A stretch of DNA of 64,000 bases from NCBI GenBank assembly GCA_041650935.1, contig JBAZKH010000005.1:65574-129573 (forward strand), read 5' to 3'. The position numbers and the translations under genes were made by a program. The first letter of the stretch is position 1; every line of letters begins with the position of its first letter. The stretch comes from Candidatus Omnitrophota bacterium (GTDB taxonomy: Bacteria > Omnitrophota > Gorgyraeia > 2-01-FULL-45-10). This document shows positions 47,013 to 56,923 of the stretch, in pieces. The notes under the pieces are model-generated. The model was not told the origin of the DNA. It did not search any database and saw only the letters and a list, made by a program, of their open reading frames with translations.

Positions 47013-49097
47013 TTATTTTAACATATCATTAATCTTGGCGGTATAATTTTGGAGCATATTCTTCATATCCGCTTCCAGCTTCTTTCTGCTGGGCTCGAGA
47101 TAAACTTTGCGGTATTTGGCTTCCTGCTGAAGGATGTAGTCTTCCCCGAAGGCCCTGTCTTTCTGCCTCTTTATCTTCTCAAGTATCTTATCGAGCTCCG
47201 AAGGAGAAAGTTTTTCCAGTTCGTCCTTCGATATATTACCGCTCAATATATTTTTAAGCTGCAATGCCGCCATATTCTTCGACAGGTCTTTAATCACATT
47301 TTCATAGTACGGCTGGGAAGCTTTCTCGTATTCCAGGAGTATTTTCCTGTTCGCGAAGTCAAGCTCGGAGAAGATAGCTTTTATATTGGCCGTGTCGCCT
47401 TTCTGCAGAAGGTCCGGCAGGGCCTGGGCTAACAGTATATTCGCTACAGCGTTTAAAAAATCATCTTCTATCTTCGTTAGTTCCGGGTTTATATTGCCGC
47501 CCTCCTGTATCTTGGCCGTATTGTTGAGGAGAGCTCTAACGGCATCAAGTACCATCTTTTGATCCTCTGTGGGATTTTTCAGGATAACGGCAAAGCGCAT
47601 GGCTATCTGCATGTCGGCAGCGCTCATGCCCTTGACAGGAACGGCGAAGGCCGATTCTTTGAGCCGGTCCCCGGCCATAACCAGTTGAGGGGTTGCCATA
47701 CCCGCCAGGTCCCGGGCAAGAGAAGTTTTGCCGTTAAGCATATCCTTAAGGATCGAACCGCTATTTGCGGCATCAAAACGGCCGTCGGTGTTATTGGAAG
47801 TCAACATATTCGAATAATCAAACTTGCGTTCGCCAAGGTTATTATAGAATAGCGGGCTTGTAACGGGAGACAGGCCGACAATGGGAGAATACGTATTCAG
47901 CGCCTTCGCGTTAGGCGCCCATACGGAGTCGTCCATGGAAGCATATGCGCCGCGAGCAACGTCTGTGGGAGCCAACAGCATCTGGCCGCCATCATAATAA
48001 TCTATGGTCTTAGTTGAAACGTCGGCAACATATATGCCGACGCCGGCTTTAAACCAGCGCAGCGGACCACTCTCACCGCTTGGTTGATCTGTCGCATAAT
48101 CGCTCGAAGATGTGACAATCACGTTACCGGAAGTATCGAATAGCCGTATGCTCTCATAATAAAAGTTATTGTTTATGGATGATGTCACATATGTTGTAAG
48201 GTCCGATGGCTGTACTCCCACAGCTGTCTCACCCACAACATTTATCCCATACGTAGTATGAAAGTTGTTATTCATGGCGGTAATGGATGAATACTCCGCC
48301 CATATGCCCGAAGCGCCTTCATCACCGTTAAAGGTGCAATTTAATACGGTAATACCGGAACTATGTTCTGCCATGAAACCATTAGCGCTGCCTGAGTTTA
48401 TCATGAATCCGCTGACATATGTCGATCCATTAACTCCGGCAGCGGTAAAACTGCCGTTAATTACGGTAGGCGTACCGGCAAAATCCCTCTCCCCTGTTTC
48501 GCCATATCCGCCGTACAGGCTTATCCCGCCCCTGACGGTTATATTCTCGGTATATGTTCCTGCCCTTACTATGATCCTATTCCCCGAACCGGCTTTGTCC
48601 ATAGCCTGCGCTATGGTCAGGCCGCCTTCGAATCCGGCATAAACATATCGTATGCCGTTTATAATTTCGGCTATTAAATGCCCCGCGGAATTTTTTTCCT
48701 GGTTGGTACCGCTGCCTATCTTAATGTTACCTATATCCGCACCGATCGATACGCGGTTTGCGGCTATTCGAGTATTCTTGGCACTGCCCTGTTTCTTCTG
48801 TAACGTAACCGTGGTCCGATCCTTCTGCTCCCCCGCGGCCGTAATTGTGTTGTGTACCTTGCCCTGGATATACGCCACGACGTTATCTAAGAGCGACTTC
48901 TTGGCAGACTGCTGGGCCTTGATAGCCTCAGCTTGATATTTCGCGGCATTGATATAACCGGGAGAAAACATGCTGGATGTGTTACTTCTATAGCGGCTAT
49001 TGTCATCCGCGGCAGTAGAGATACCGATCCACACAAACGACACGATTATCGCTATCGGCAACATCACCAGCATCATCCTCAATATTTTTGCATTCAT
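47013..49097 (-). CDS. Secreted right-handed beta-helix (pectin-lyase-fold-like) protein, paralog 1.
   Basis: Signal peptide. The central region has Asn/Gly/Ser-rich beta-helix repeats. The C-terminal ~230 aa are conserved with the neighbour. Confidence 0.6.
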   Translation of the reverse strand: MNAKILRMMLVMLPIAIIVSFVWIGISTAADDNSRYRSNTSSMFSPGYINAAKYQAEAIKAQQSAKKSLLDNVVAYIQGKVHNTITAAGEQKDRTTVTLQKKQGSAKNTRIAANRVSIGADIGNIKIGSGTNQEKNSAGHLIAEIINGIRYVYAGFEGGLTIAQAMDKAGSGNRIIVRAGTYTENITVRGGISLYGGYGETGERDFAGTPTVINGSFTAAGVNGSTYVSGFMINSGSANGFMAEHSSGITVLNCTFNGDEGASGIWAEYSSITAMNNNFHTTYGINVVGETAVGVQPSDLTTYVTSSINNNFYYESIRLFDTSGNVIVTSSSDYATDQPSGESGPLRWFKAGVGIYVADVSTKTIDYYDGGQMLLAPTDVARGAYASMDDSVWAPNAKALNTYSPIVGLSPVTSPLFYNNLGERKFDYSNMLTSNNTDGRFDAANSGSILKDMLNGKTSLARDLAGMATPQLVMAGDRLKESAFAVPVKGMSAADMQIAMRFAVILKNPTEDQKMVLDAVRALLNNTAKIQEGGNINPELTKIEDDFLNAVANILLAQALPDLLQKGDTANIKAIFSELDFANRKILLEYEKASQPYYENVIKDLSKNMAALQLKNILSGNISKDELEKLSPSELDKILEKIKRQKDRAFGEDYILQQEAKYRKVYLEPSRKKLEADMKNMLQNYTAKINDMLK

Positions 49098-49108
49098 GGC
49101 TGCGCCTG

Positions 49109-51190
49109 TTATTTTTCGGTAGTTTTTAACGCATTATTAATCTTCCCCGTAAAGTCTTTCAACATGTTTTTCATATCCGCTTCCAGTTTCTTCCTGCTGG
49201 GTTCGAGATAGGCATTACGGTATTTGGCTTCCTGCTGCAGTATATACTCCTCCTCAAAAGCTTTATCTTTTTGCATCTTTATCTTCTCCAATATCTTATC
49301 CAGCTCCGAAGGAGGCAGTCTCTCGAGTTGTTCCCTTGACATTTCGCCGCTCAATATATTTTTAAGCTGGAGTAACGCCATATTCTTGGATAGATCTTTT
49401 ATGACGTTGTCATAATACGGCTTTGCCGCCGTATTGTACTCCAGGAGTACCTTCTTATTTACCGATTCAAGCTCGGAAAATATGCTCTTTATGTTGGCAA
49501 TGTCGCCCCGCTTAAGAAGGTCGGGCATGGCCTGGGTCAGGAGGGCAAGCGCGACCGCCTGCAGTAACTCATCCGAAGCTTTCTTTATCTCGGCCGATTT
49601 CGCGTCTTCGCTCAGTTTGTCCGCCTCTTTCATAATAAGCTCTATCGCGTTCAATATGGCCCTCTGGTCTTCACTGGGATTTTTTATTATATTCGCCAGT
49701 ATCGAGGCTATATTCATATCCATGAGATCTATGCCGTTTAACTGGATTGCCAGGGCATCCCGGTTTTGGGCATTACTCATTATCCTGGCCAAAAGCGCAG
49801 GATCTACCGGCATAGACCCTCCGTCGAAAAGAGCATCCTTATTACCGAGCAGGCCTTTAAAAATATCTCCCAGCTTACCGGTCTTGTATTCATCCGCAAG
49901 ATACGGACCTATACCGGAGAGATTTTTATTGAAGTCGGTCGCATACAACCAATCATCCATCATAAAGGGTTTATTATCGATATTAAGTATGTTAACGGTC
50001 TGCGTCGAACGGGCCTTCGCATATGAGGCGCTTGAGTTATCATCGAGAAGAATATTTTGACCTGCGCCGGATATGATATTATTATTCAGTAAAAAGGTTG
50101 AATCATCACCCGATATTCCTTTGCCCTTAGCCCCGCCGGGAATAACTATAAACCCCGGCCCAGCCGTACCTACTCCACCCGATAAACCTTTGATCTCGTT
50201 ACTATCGGCGGTTACGCTGGAATTTATTGCCCTTATACCGTAAAACAGGCCGTTTAATTGGGTCCTTGATATGGAAACGGTAGAATTAGATACGTATAAC
50301 CCCTGCTGTATAAGAGAAGTGGAGCAATTGTCGATAGTTACGGAGTTGGAATTCCTCACGGCGATCCCTGCCACATACCCGCCGCCCCACGTCTTCAACT
50401 CGCTTAAGAACTTCTCGAAAATCAGCATCCCGCCAGGCGGCTGTATGACGTTGAACCCGCCTATTTCCACCGTATGCGAGGCGTCGTTCACGCCGTCTAC
50501 CACTATAGTCCCCACTACGTTCGACCGGCCGGACCTGTCGCCGTTATCATCGTAGCCGCCATATACGCTTATCGCTTTCGTTATGACAAAATTTTTGTAA
50601 CCGCCGGCGCTGTTCGACGCCGCGCCGCTCCTTGCTATAACGACATCTCCTGCCATCGCCCTGTCTACCGCCGCCTGTATAGTGTCAACGGTATCACCGG
50701 TAAATCCCGCATAGTGATAGCGAACTCCGTTAATTATTTCGGACATCATCGCCTTTCCGCTGTCCGATACCAAAGCACCATTTGCGTCACGCTGATCGGT
50801 GCCCGTCCCCCTAGCCACATGGGACGGCGAATGGCCAATGATGCTAGCCGCCCTTGCCGAAGCCGTCTTGTTGGAACTGCTCTGTTTCTGCTGCAATTTA
50901 GGGGCGTTTGCGGCCTTCTCCTGCGCCGCCTGGTCTACCTTATTAGATGTTTTACCCAATACGAATTCGGCAACATCGTCGAGGAATGACCTCTTGGGCG
51001 TCTGCTGTCTTATGATGGCCTCCGCCTGGTACTTGGCAGCGTTTAGATACCCGGGAGCAAATACAGAAGAAGAGTTGCTGTGATAACGATTATTGTCGTC
51101 CGCATATGCGAAAGGCACACAGACAAGCAGAGCACTACTGCTTATCAACATTATCAAAATATAATATTTAATATTTTTAAACGTGCACAT
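49109..51190 (-). CDS. Secreted right-handed beta-helix protein, paralog 2.
   Basis: Central beta-helix repeats include VRNSNSVTIDNCS..VSNSTVSISRT.. The N-terminal ~60 aa and C-terminal ~230 aa are highly similar to paralog 1. Confidence 0.6.
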   Translation of the reverse strand: MCTFKNIKYYILIMLISSSALLVCVPFAYADDNNRYHSNSSSVFAPGYLNAAKYQAEAIIRQQTPKRSFLDDVAEFVLGKTSNKVDQAAQEKAANAPKLQQKQSSSNKTASARAASIIGHSPSHVARGTGTDQRDANGALVSDSGKAMMSEIINGVRYHYAGFTGDTVDTIQAAVDRAMAGDVVIARSGAASNSAGGYKNFVITKAISVYGGYDDNGDRSGRSNVVGTIVVDGVNDASHTVEIGGFNVIQPPGGMLIFEKFLSELKTWGGGYVAGIAVRNSNSVTIDNCSTSLIQQGLYVSNSTVSISRTQLNGLFYGIRAINSSVTADSNEIKGLSGGVGTAGPGFIVIPGGAKGKGISGDDSTFLLNNNIISGAGQNILLDDNSSASYAKARSTQTVNILNIDNKPFMMDDWLYATDFNKNLSGIGPYLADEYKTGKLGDIFKGLLGNKDALFDGGSMPVDPALLARIMSNAQNRDALAIQLNGIDLMDMNIASILANIIKNPSEDQRAILNAIELIMKEADKLSEDAKSAEIKKASDELLQAVALALLTQAMPDLLKRGDIANIKSIFSELESVNKKVLLEYNTAAKPYYDNVIKDLSKNMALLQLKNILSGEMSREQLERLPPSELDKILEKIKMQKDKAFEEEYILQQEAKYRNAYLEPSRKKLEADMKNMLKDFTGKINNALKTTEK

Positions 51191-51355
51191 AACTCCTCCA
51201 TGATTTACATAAGTTAAGCATAAATGTCATAAATAACCACCACAAATCAGCCTTACGCCGCTTTGCTATCTATATTATATCTTTCTATTCTCCTAATAAG
51301 AAGTATACACTATTTTCAGGTCATTGGGATGGAAAATGCAATAACTTTTTGATTT

Positions 51356-52309
51356 CTAACCTTGCGGGGTAAGCGGTGCGGCAGGCTGAATTGTCAAGGC
51401 CTGTATATCTGTATGGGTACCGATGTTTTTAACTTCCAGCTTCGGGTCGATCTTCTTCAATAGCCCCTTTAAAACCTGGCCGGGTCCTATCTCTATAAAT
51501 GATTTTATTCCGCTTGCGGCAACAAGTCTTATCGACTCTTCCCATAGCGTCTTTGTATTCACCTGGGAAACCAGGTTCTCTTTTATAATTTGTGCGTCGC
51601 TCTGTATTTTGGCATCTACGTTGCTGACGAATGAAATGGCTGGGGCGGATATCTGTATCTTATCTATATACTCTTTCAGCTTATCTCTGGCCGGCGTCAT
51701 AAGCGAGGAATGAAACGGTCCGCTGACATCGAGTGTCAGGATCCTCTTCGCGCCCTTTTCTTTCGCCAGGCTGGCGAAGAGCTCGATATTCGTGGTCTTG
51801 CCGGAAACCACTACCTGCCCCGGACAATTAAGATTAGCAACCTCACATCCTATCCCCTTGCATAAAACTTCTATCGAACTCAGGTCCATGCCGATAACGC
51901 ATGCCATCTTTCCCGGATTTTTATTCGACGCCTCCTCCATAAGCTCTCCGCGCCGCTTGACAAGGATGAGCGCGTCATCAAATGATATACTGCCCGCCGC
52001 CGTCAGGGCTGAATACTCGCCTAGGCTCAAGCCAAGGCTGAATTTTGGGACGATCTGCCCGTAAAAAGAAGATGATTGAAATGCTTTCAGCGCGGCAATG
52101 CTGGTAGTAAGTATTGCTGGTTGGCTATAGCGGGTGGTTGAAAGTTCTTCCTTCGGCCCTTCGAAACATAATTTCTTTACGTCAAACTTCAAAATATCGT
52201 TGGCTTTGTCAAAGATTTCTTTGGCGGTGGGGTAATTTTCATACAGATCTTTACCCATCCCTACAAATTGCGCTCCCTGCCCAGGAAATATTAGCGCTGC
52301 GTCTGTCAT
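51356..52309 (-). CDS. fabD: Malonyl CoA-ACP transacylase.
   Basis: Motifs GQGAQ and GLSLGEYSAL. Confidence 0.9.
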   Translation of the reverse strand: MTDAALIFPGQGAQFVGMGKDLYENYPTAKEIFDKANDILKFDVKKLCFEGPKEELSTTRYSQPAILTTSIAALKAFQSSSFYGQIVPKFSLGLSLGEYSALTAAGSISFDDALILVKRRGELMEEASNKNPGKMACVIGMDLSSIEVLCKGIGCEVANLNCPGQVVVSGKTTNIELFASLAKEKGAKRILTLDVSGPFHSSLMTPARDKLKEYIDKIQISAPAISFVSNVDAKIQSDAQIIKENLVSQVNTKTLWEESIRLVAASGIKSFIEIGPGQVLKGLLKKIDPKLEVKNIGTHTDIQALTIQPAAPLTPQG

Positions 52310-52394
52310 ATTATTTTGGATTCTTTAAAATTTGACATTGGGCTTTTGGATTTATTTTGTCATTCGGATTTTGACATTTGGATTTGATCATCAA

Positions 52395-53381
52395 CTACCA
52401 CTCGATAACAATAGCTCCCCACGTAAGGCCGCCGCCAAATGCATCGAGAAGCATCTTCTCACCTTTTTTGATCCTTCCCGCTTTCACCGCTTCTACCAAA
52501 GCTACGGCACTCGATGCAGCGGACATATTCCCATATTTTTCGATGTTCAAATATATCTTTTCTTTTGTAAGCCCCATCCTCTTGGCCACCGCATTTAAGA
52601 TACGTATATTGGCCTGATGCGGAATGACAAGGCTTATGTCATCGGCTGTCAGCCCCAGTGGTTTTGTTGCCTCAAGCGCCGCATCCGCCATAATCTTGAC
52701 GGCATGTTTGAATAGTTCTGCACCGTTCATCTTGATAAAATGAAGGTTCCCTTCGATACTCTTCTTCGTTGGAGGTATGCGGGAACCGCCTGCAGGAAGC
52801 TTTATAAGGTCTCCCTGTTTACCGTTTGCGCCGAGATAAACGGATAGTATCCCGCCTTTTTCCACAGGCCCGAGGACAGCCGCACCTGCGCCGTCGCCGA
52901 ACAGGACGCACGTGTTCCTGTCAGTCCAATCGGTTATAGCGGAAAGTTTTTCGGCGGCTATGACAAGGGCGTGTTTATACGCCCCTGACGCGATAAATTC
53001 TTTCGCGATCGCCAGGCCATAAATAAAACCGGAACAGGCAACACTTACATCGAACGCCGGCACCGTCCTGGCGCCTATCTTCTCCTGGACAAGACACGCG
53101 GTAGCGGGAAAGAACATGTCAGGCGTGATTGTCGCCACTATTATCAGGTCTATGTCCGCCGCGGTTAATTTCGCGTCGGCGAGCGCGCGCCTGGCCGCTT
53201 CAGCCGCCATGTCGCTCGTAGCCTCATCCTGGCGGGCGATCCGGCGCTCTTTTATGCCGGTGCGCGTGGTGATCCACTCATCCGTAGTGTCGACCATCTT
53301 TTCCAGGTCTTTATTTGTCAGGATCTTTTCCGGAAGGTATGCCCCCAAGCCTATGATACCAACCTTTTTCTCCGTGCACAT
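52395..53381 (-). CDS. fabH: 3-oxoacyl-ACP synthase III.
   Basis: Standard FabH motifs including ACSGF and HQAN. Confidence 0.9.
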   Translation of the reverse strand: MCTEKKVGIIGLGAYLPEKILTNKDLEKMVDTTDEWITTRTGIKERRIARQDEATSDMAAEAARRALADAKLTAADIDLIIVATITPDMFFPATACLVQEKIGARTVPAFDVSVACSGFIYGLAIAKEFIASGAYKHALVIAAEKLSAITDWTDRNTCVLFGDGAGAAVLGPVEKGGILSVYLGANGKQGDLIKLPAGGSRIPPTKKSIEGNLHFIKMNGAELFKHAVKIMADAALEATKPLGLTADDISLVIPHQANIRILNAVAKRMGLTKEKIYLNIEKYGNMSAASSAVALVEAVKAGRIKKGEKMLLDAFGGGLTWGAIVIEW

Positions 53382-53382
53382 T

Positions 53383-54372
53383 TTAGTAGCTCTCCAACTC
53401 TTCGACTATATGCTTATTGACATCCTGCGTTATGAATTCACCCGCAACTCTTATAGCGTTCTTTATCGCCTTTGGCGTAGAAGACCCGTGGCTTATTATG
53501 CACCGGCCATCGACACCCAGAAGCGGCGCGCCACCGTATTCGTCATAGTCCATCTTCTTCTTCAACCCTTTGAATGCGGAGCTCGCCAGGGCCGCGCCCA
53601 GAGTAGCTATGATGCTCGCCTTTATCTCCTGTTTCAGGGCCTTGAAGATCGTATCGACGATACTCTCCGAAACCTTCAGGATCACATTTCCGACGAACCC
53701 GTCGCATAAGATAATATCCACCGTACCGGCATAGACATCGCGGCCTTCTATATTCCCTATAAAGTTGAGCTTCGACTCGCTTAAGAGCGCATGCGTCTCT
53801 TTCACAAACTCCGTTCCCTTCGTCTCTTCTTCGCCAACATTGAGCAGGCCTACTGACGGATTGGATTTGTGCAGTATATATCGCGAATACGCATCCGCCA
53901 TGATAGCATACTGAAATAAATGAATAGGTTTAGGGTCTATGTTCGCTCCCACATCTATAATGACAGAGACGCCTCCGAGGGTCGGTAACGCTATAGCAAT
54001 GCCGGGCCTTTCGACGCCCGGGAGAAGTCTAAGGGAAAGCGTTGATGCGCAGACCACGGCACCTGTATTGCCGGCGCTGACGAAAGCATCCGCTTCATTC
54101 CTCTTTAGAAGCTCTAACCCAAGGACTATCGATGAATGGCGTTTGCGCCTTACGGAAAGCGCCGCAGGCTCGTGCATCTCTATCCTCTCGGGCGCATGCA
54201 TCACTTTTATCTTATCGGAATATCCGGAGTATTTTTTTAGCTCTGAGCCCACAAGCGTTTCGTCGCCTACGAGTATCAGATCATAGTCATGCTCTTTTAC
54301 AGCCTGTACAGCGCCTTCTACTTCTATCGCCGGCGCGCCGTCACTGCCCATTGCGTCGATCACTATCTTCAT
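53383..54372 (-). CDS. plsX: Phosphate acyltransferase.
   Basis: PlsX motifs. Conserved context plsX-fabH-fabD following rpmF. Confidence 0.9.
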   Translation of the reverse strand: MKIVIDAMGSDGAPAIEVEGAVQAVKEHDYDLILVGDETLVGSELKKYSGYSDKIKVMHAPERIEMHEPAALSVRRKRHSSIVLGLELLKRNEADAFVSAGNTGAVVCASTLSLRLLPGVERPGIAIALPTLGGVSVIIDVGANIDPKPIHLFQYAIMADAYSRYILHKSNPSVGLLNVGEEETKGTEFVKETHALLSESKLNFIGNIEGRDVYAGTVDIILCDGFVGNVILKVSESIVDTIFKALKQEIKASIIATLGAALASSAFKGLKKKMDYDEYGGAPLLGVDGRCIISHGSSTPKAIKNAIRVAGEFITQDVNKHIVEELESY

Positions 54373-54450
54373 TCAGTATTGTCTCCCGATTCATGAATCG
54401 TTATTCGTGAAGCGCTTCACGCTTCACGAGATACGCTTCACAAGCATATT

Positions 54451-54651
54451 TCACTTTTTCTTCTCTTCTTTTGTTTCGATCACAATCACGGGCTTGCCGT
54501 TGTAGTAACCGCAGAACGGGCAGACCCTGTGCGGCAATCTCATAGACTTACACTGCGGACAGACCGAAAGATTGGCGCCATAGAGCTTGCTATTGGCGCC
54601 GCGCCTCTTATCTCGTCGTGCCTTCGAATGTTTACGTTTTGGTAGTGCCAT
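54451..54651 (-). CDS. rpmF: 50S ribosomal protein L32.
   Basis: MALPKRKHSKARRDKRR plus the CPQC...CPFCG zinc ribbon. Confidence 0.9.
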   Translation of the reverse strand: MALPKRKHSKARRDKRRGANSKLYGANLSVCPQCKSMRLPHRVCPFCGYYNGKPVIVIETKEEKKK

Positions 54652-54727
54652 TATGCCTCCGATTTGTTATTATCTAAGTCTGACAAATCGTCCCGAGCTG
54701 CCACTGTCTAACTCCGGCAGCGAGGGA

Positions 54728-55924
54728 CTACCTCTTCTTAATTATATTATATGTATCACGCGCTATCAACAACTCTTCGTTCGTCGGAATGGTAAGAAAT
54801 TTTGTTTTTCTCGAAACAACTCCCTTAAGTTCTGCGGCGACGCGCCGCACAATCCAGGGATTATTCTCCCCTATGCCGGCGGTAAATATTACGGCATCGA
54901 GCCCGCCCATGGCTGCCTGATACGCACCGATATACTTCTTGATCCTGTAAACATATATCTCTATCGCGGCGCGGCACCTTCCCGCCTTTTTCCCATTACC
55001 TTTTGCGCCTTTCAATATATCCCGCATGTCGTTACTGATACCGGAGATACCGAAAAGTCCGCTTTGCTTGTTCAAAACATCATTTACTTCGGCGATCGTA
55101 AGTCCTTCCTTCTCCAGAATATAGAGGACCGCGGCAGGATCCAGGTCGCCGGAACGCGTCCCCATCAAAAGCCCTTCAAGGGGTGTAAAACCCATTGACG
55201 TATCCACGGACCTGCCTCCGGAAACCGCTGTTATACTGCAACCGTTACCGAGATGGCAGGTTACCAGCTTAAGGCTTGCCGGCGGACGCCGCAACACCCT
55301 GGCGGCCTCTTCCGAAACGAACCTGTGGCTAGTCCCGTGGAAACCGTATCGCCTGATGCCGTATCGGATATAGTATCCAAACGGCAGTCCGTATAGGAAC
55401 GCCTCCTGCGGCATCGTTTGATGAAACGACGTATCAAAGACCGCTACCTGCGGGATACCCGCCAAAATTTTCGAGCAGGCTCTTATTCCCGAAAGTGACG
55501 GCGGATTGTGGAGAGGCGCAAGTTCGCTATATTTCTCTATCGACCTTATGACCTTTTTCGTTATGAGGGTCGATTCCTTAAACTCTTCGCCGCCATGCAC
55601 CACCCTGTGACCGATACCGTCGATCTCACTTTTGGAAGCAATAGCACCGTGCCGGCTGTCGGTAAGTATGTCAACGATAATTTCGATTGCGGTGTGATGA
55701 TCTTTACAACGGACCTTCTTCAGGCCGGCATCTTTACCGTCGAGTTGGTAATGCAGTGTTGAACCCGGCTGCCCTATACGTTCAACCACGCCCTTTGCCA
55801 ATGGTTCGGCATCACTCACCATTGGCGCTGAACGCAGCCGAAACGCCGAAGACCGGTCTTTCCTTACATCAAACAACTGATACTTGGCGGACGAACTACC
55901 GCAATTTATAACTAAAATCAGCAT
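54728..55924 (-). CDS. ackA: Acetate kinase.
   Basis: ILVINCGSSSAKYQLF N-terminus and 398 aa length. Confidence 0.9.
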   Translation of the reverse strand: MLILVINCGSSSAKYQLFDVRKDRSSAFRLRSAPMVSDAEPLAKGVVERIGQPGSTLHYQLDGKDAGLKKVRCKDHHTAIEIIVDILTDSRHGAIASKSEIDGIGHRVVHGGEEFKESTLITKKVIRSIEKYSELAPLHNPPSLSGIRACSKILAGIPQVAVFDTSFHQTMPQEAFLYGLPFGYYIRYGIRRYGFHGTSHRFVSEEAARVLRRPPASLKLVTCHLGNGCSITAVSGGRSVDTSMGFTPLEGLLMGTRSGDLDPAAVLYILEKEGLTIAEVNDVLNKQSGLFGISGISNDMRDILKGAKGNGKKAGRCRAAIEIYVYRIKKYIGAYQAAMGGLDAVIFTAGIGENNPWIVRRVAAELKGVVSRKTKFLTIPTNEELLIARDTYNIIKKR

Positions 55925-55937
55925 TATACCTTTATTT

Positions 55938-56921
55938 TCAGGCCCGCAGCGCTGTTATTGCGGCGGCGTCGACTATATCTTCGGCATCGCAACCGCGAGA
56001 CAGATCGCTTGCGGGTTTGGTAAATCCCAAAAGAAGCGGACCAACGGCCCGCGCATTGGACAATCGCTGGGTTATCTTGTATGAGATATTGCCCGAGTTC
56101 AGGTCCGGGAATATCAGCACATTGGCCTTCCCTGCCACCTCGCTGCCGGGGCACTTTATTGCGGCAACTTCCGGGACGATCGCGCTGTCGACCTGGAATT
56201 CGCCGTCGATCAATAAACCCGGAGACGCCTCCCTGGCGCGCTCCACAGCCTCTCTCATCTTGTCAACGAGCGGCCCTGCGGCGCTTCCCTTGCTGGAATA
56301 ACTTAAGAAAGCCACGACGGGAGTCTTGCCGGTCAATTTCTTAAATAGATCCGCCGACGATCTGGCGATCCCGGAGAGCTGTCTTGCGTTAGGTTCGGGA
56401 TTCACGCCGCAATCCGCAAATAGAAACGCTCCTTTTTCACCATACGGAGAATTCGGCACAACCATAAGAAACGCGCCGGAGACCACCCCTATATTCCTGT
56501 CGATCTTCAGGCAGCGCAGCGCCACTCTTACCGTATCCGCCGTAGTATGATTAGCGCCGGCAACGAACCCTGCTGCCGCGCCGGAGCGGACGAGCATTGC
56601 GCCGAAAGTAAGATAATCTTTTTTAACCGTTTCCAGGGCCTCTTCCGGCGTTGTTCCCTTAAGCTTTCTCAATTCGTAGTATTCTGCGCCCAGGCGCTCC
56701 GTATCTTTGTAAGTTTCGGGATCTATCAACCGAAGGTCCTTTAAGTTCTTAGCCTTTATGCTCTTTCTTACTTCTTCTTTTCCGACGAGAATTATCTTCG
56801 CAATACCGTTATCGAGTATATAATCCAGCGCATCCAGCGTTCTCTTATCATCACTCTCGGGAAGGACCACCGTCTGCCCCGAAGAGCCCGCCTTACTTCT
56901 TATGTCTTCTATAAGCCCCAT
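55938..56921 (-). CDS. pta: Phosphate acetyltransferase (catalytic domain only, short form).
   Basis: PTA_PTB fold of about 327 aa. Adjacent to ackA. Confidence 0.85.
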   Translation of the reverse strand: MGLIEDIRSKAGSSGQTVVLPESDDKRTLDALDYILDNGIAKIILVGKEEVRKSIKAKNLKDLRLIDPETYKDTERLGAEYYELRKLKGTTPEEALETVKKDYLTFGAMLVRSGAAAGFVAGANHTTADTVRVALRCLKIDRNIGVVSGAFLMVVPNSPYGEKGAFLFADCGVNPEPNARQLSGIARSSADLFKKLTGKTPVVAFLSYSSKGSAAGPLVDKMREAVERAREASPGLLIDGEFQVDSAIVPEVAAIKCPGSEVAGKANVLIFPDLNSGNISYKITQRLSNARAVGPLLLGFTKPASDLSRGCDAEDIVDAAAITALRA

Positions 56922-56923
56922 CG

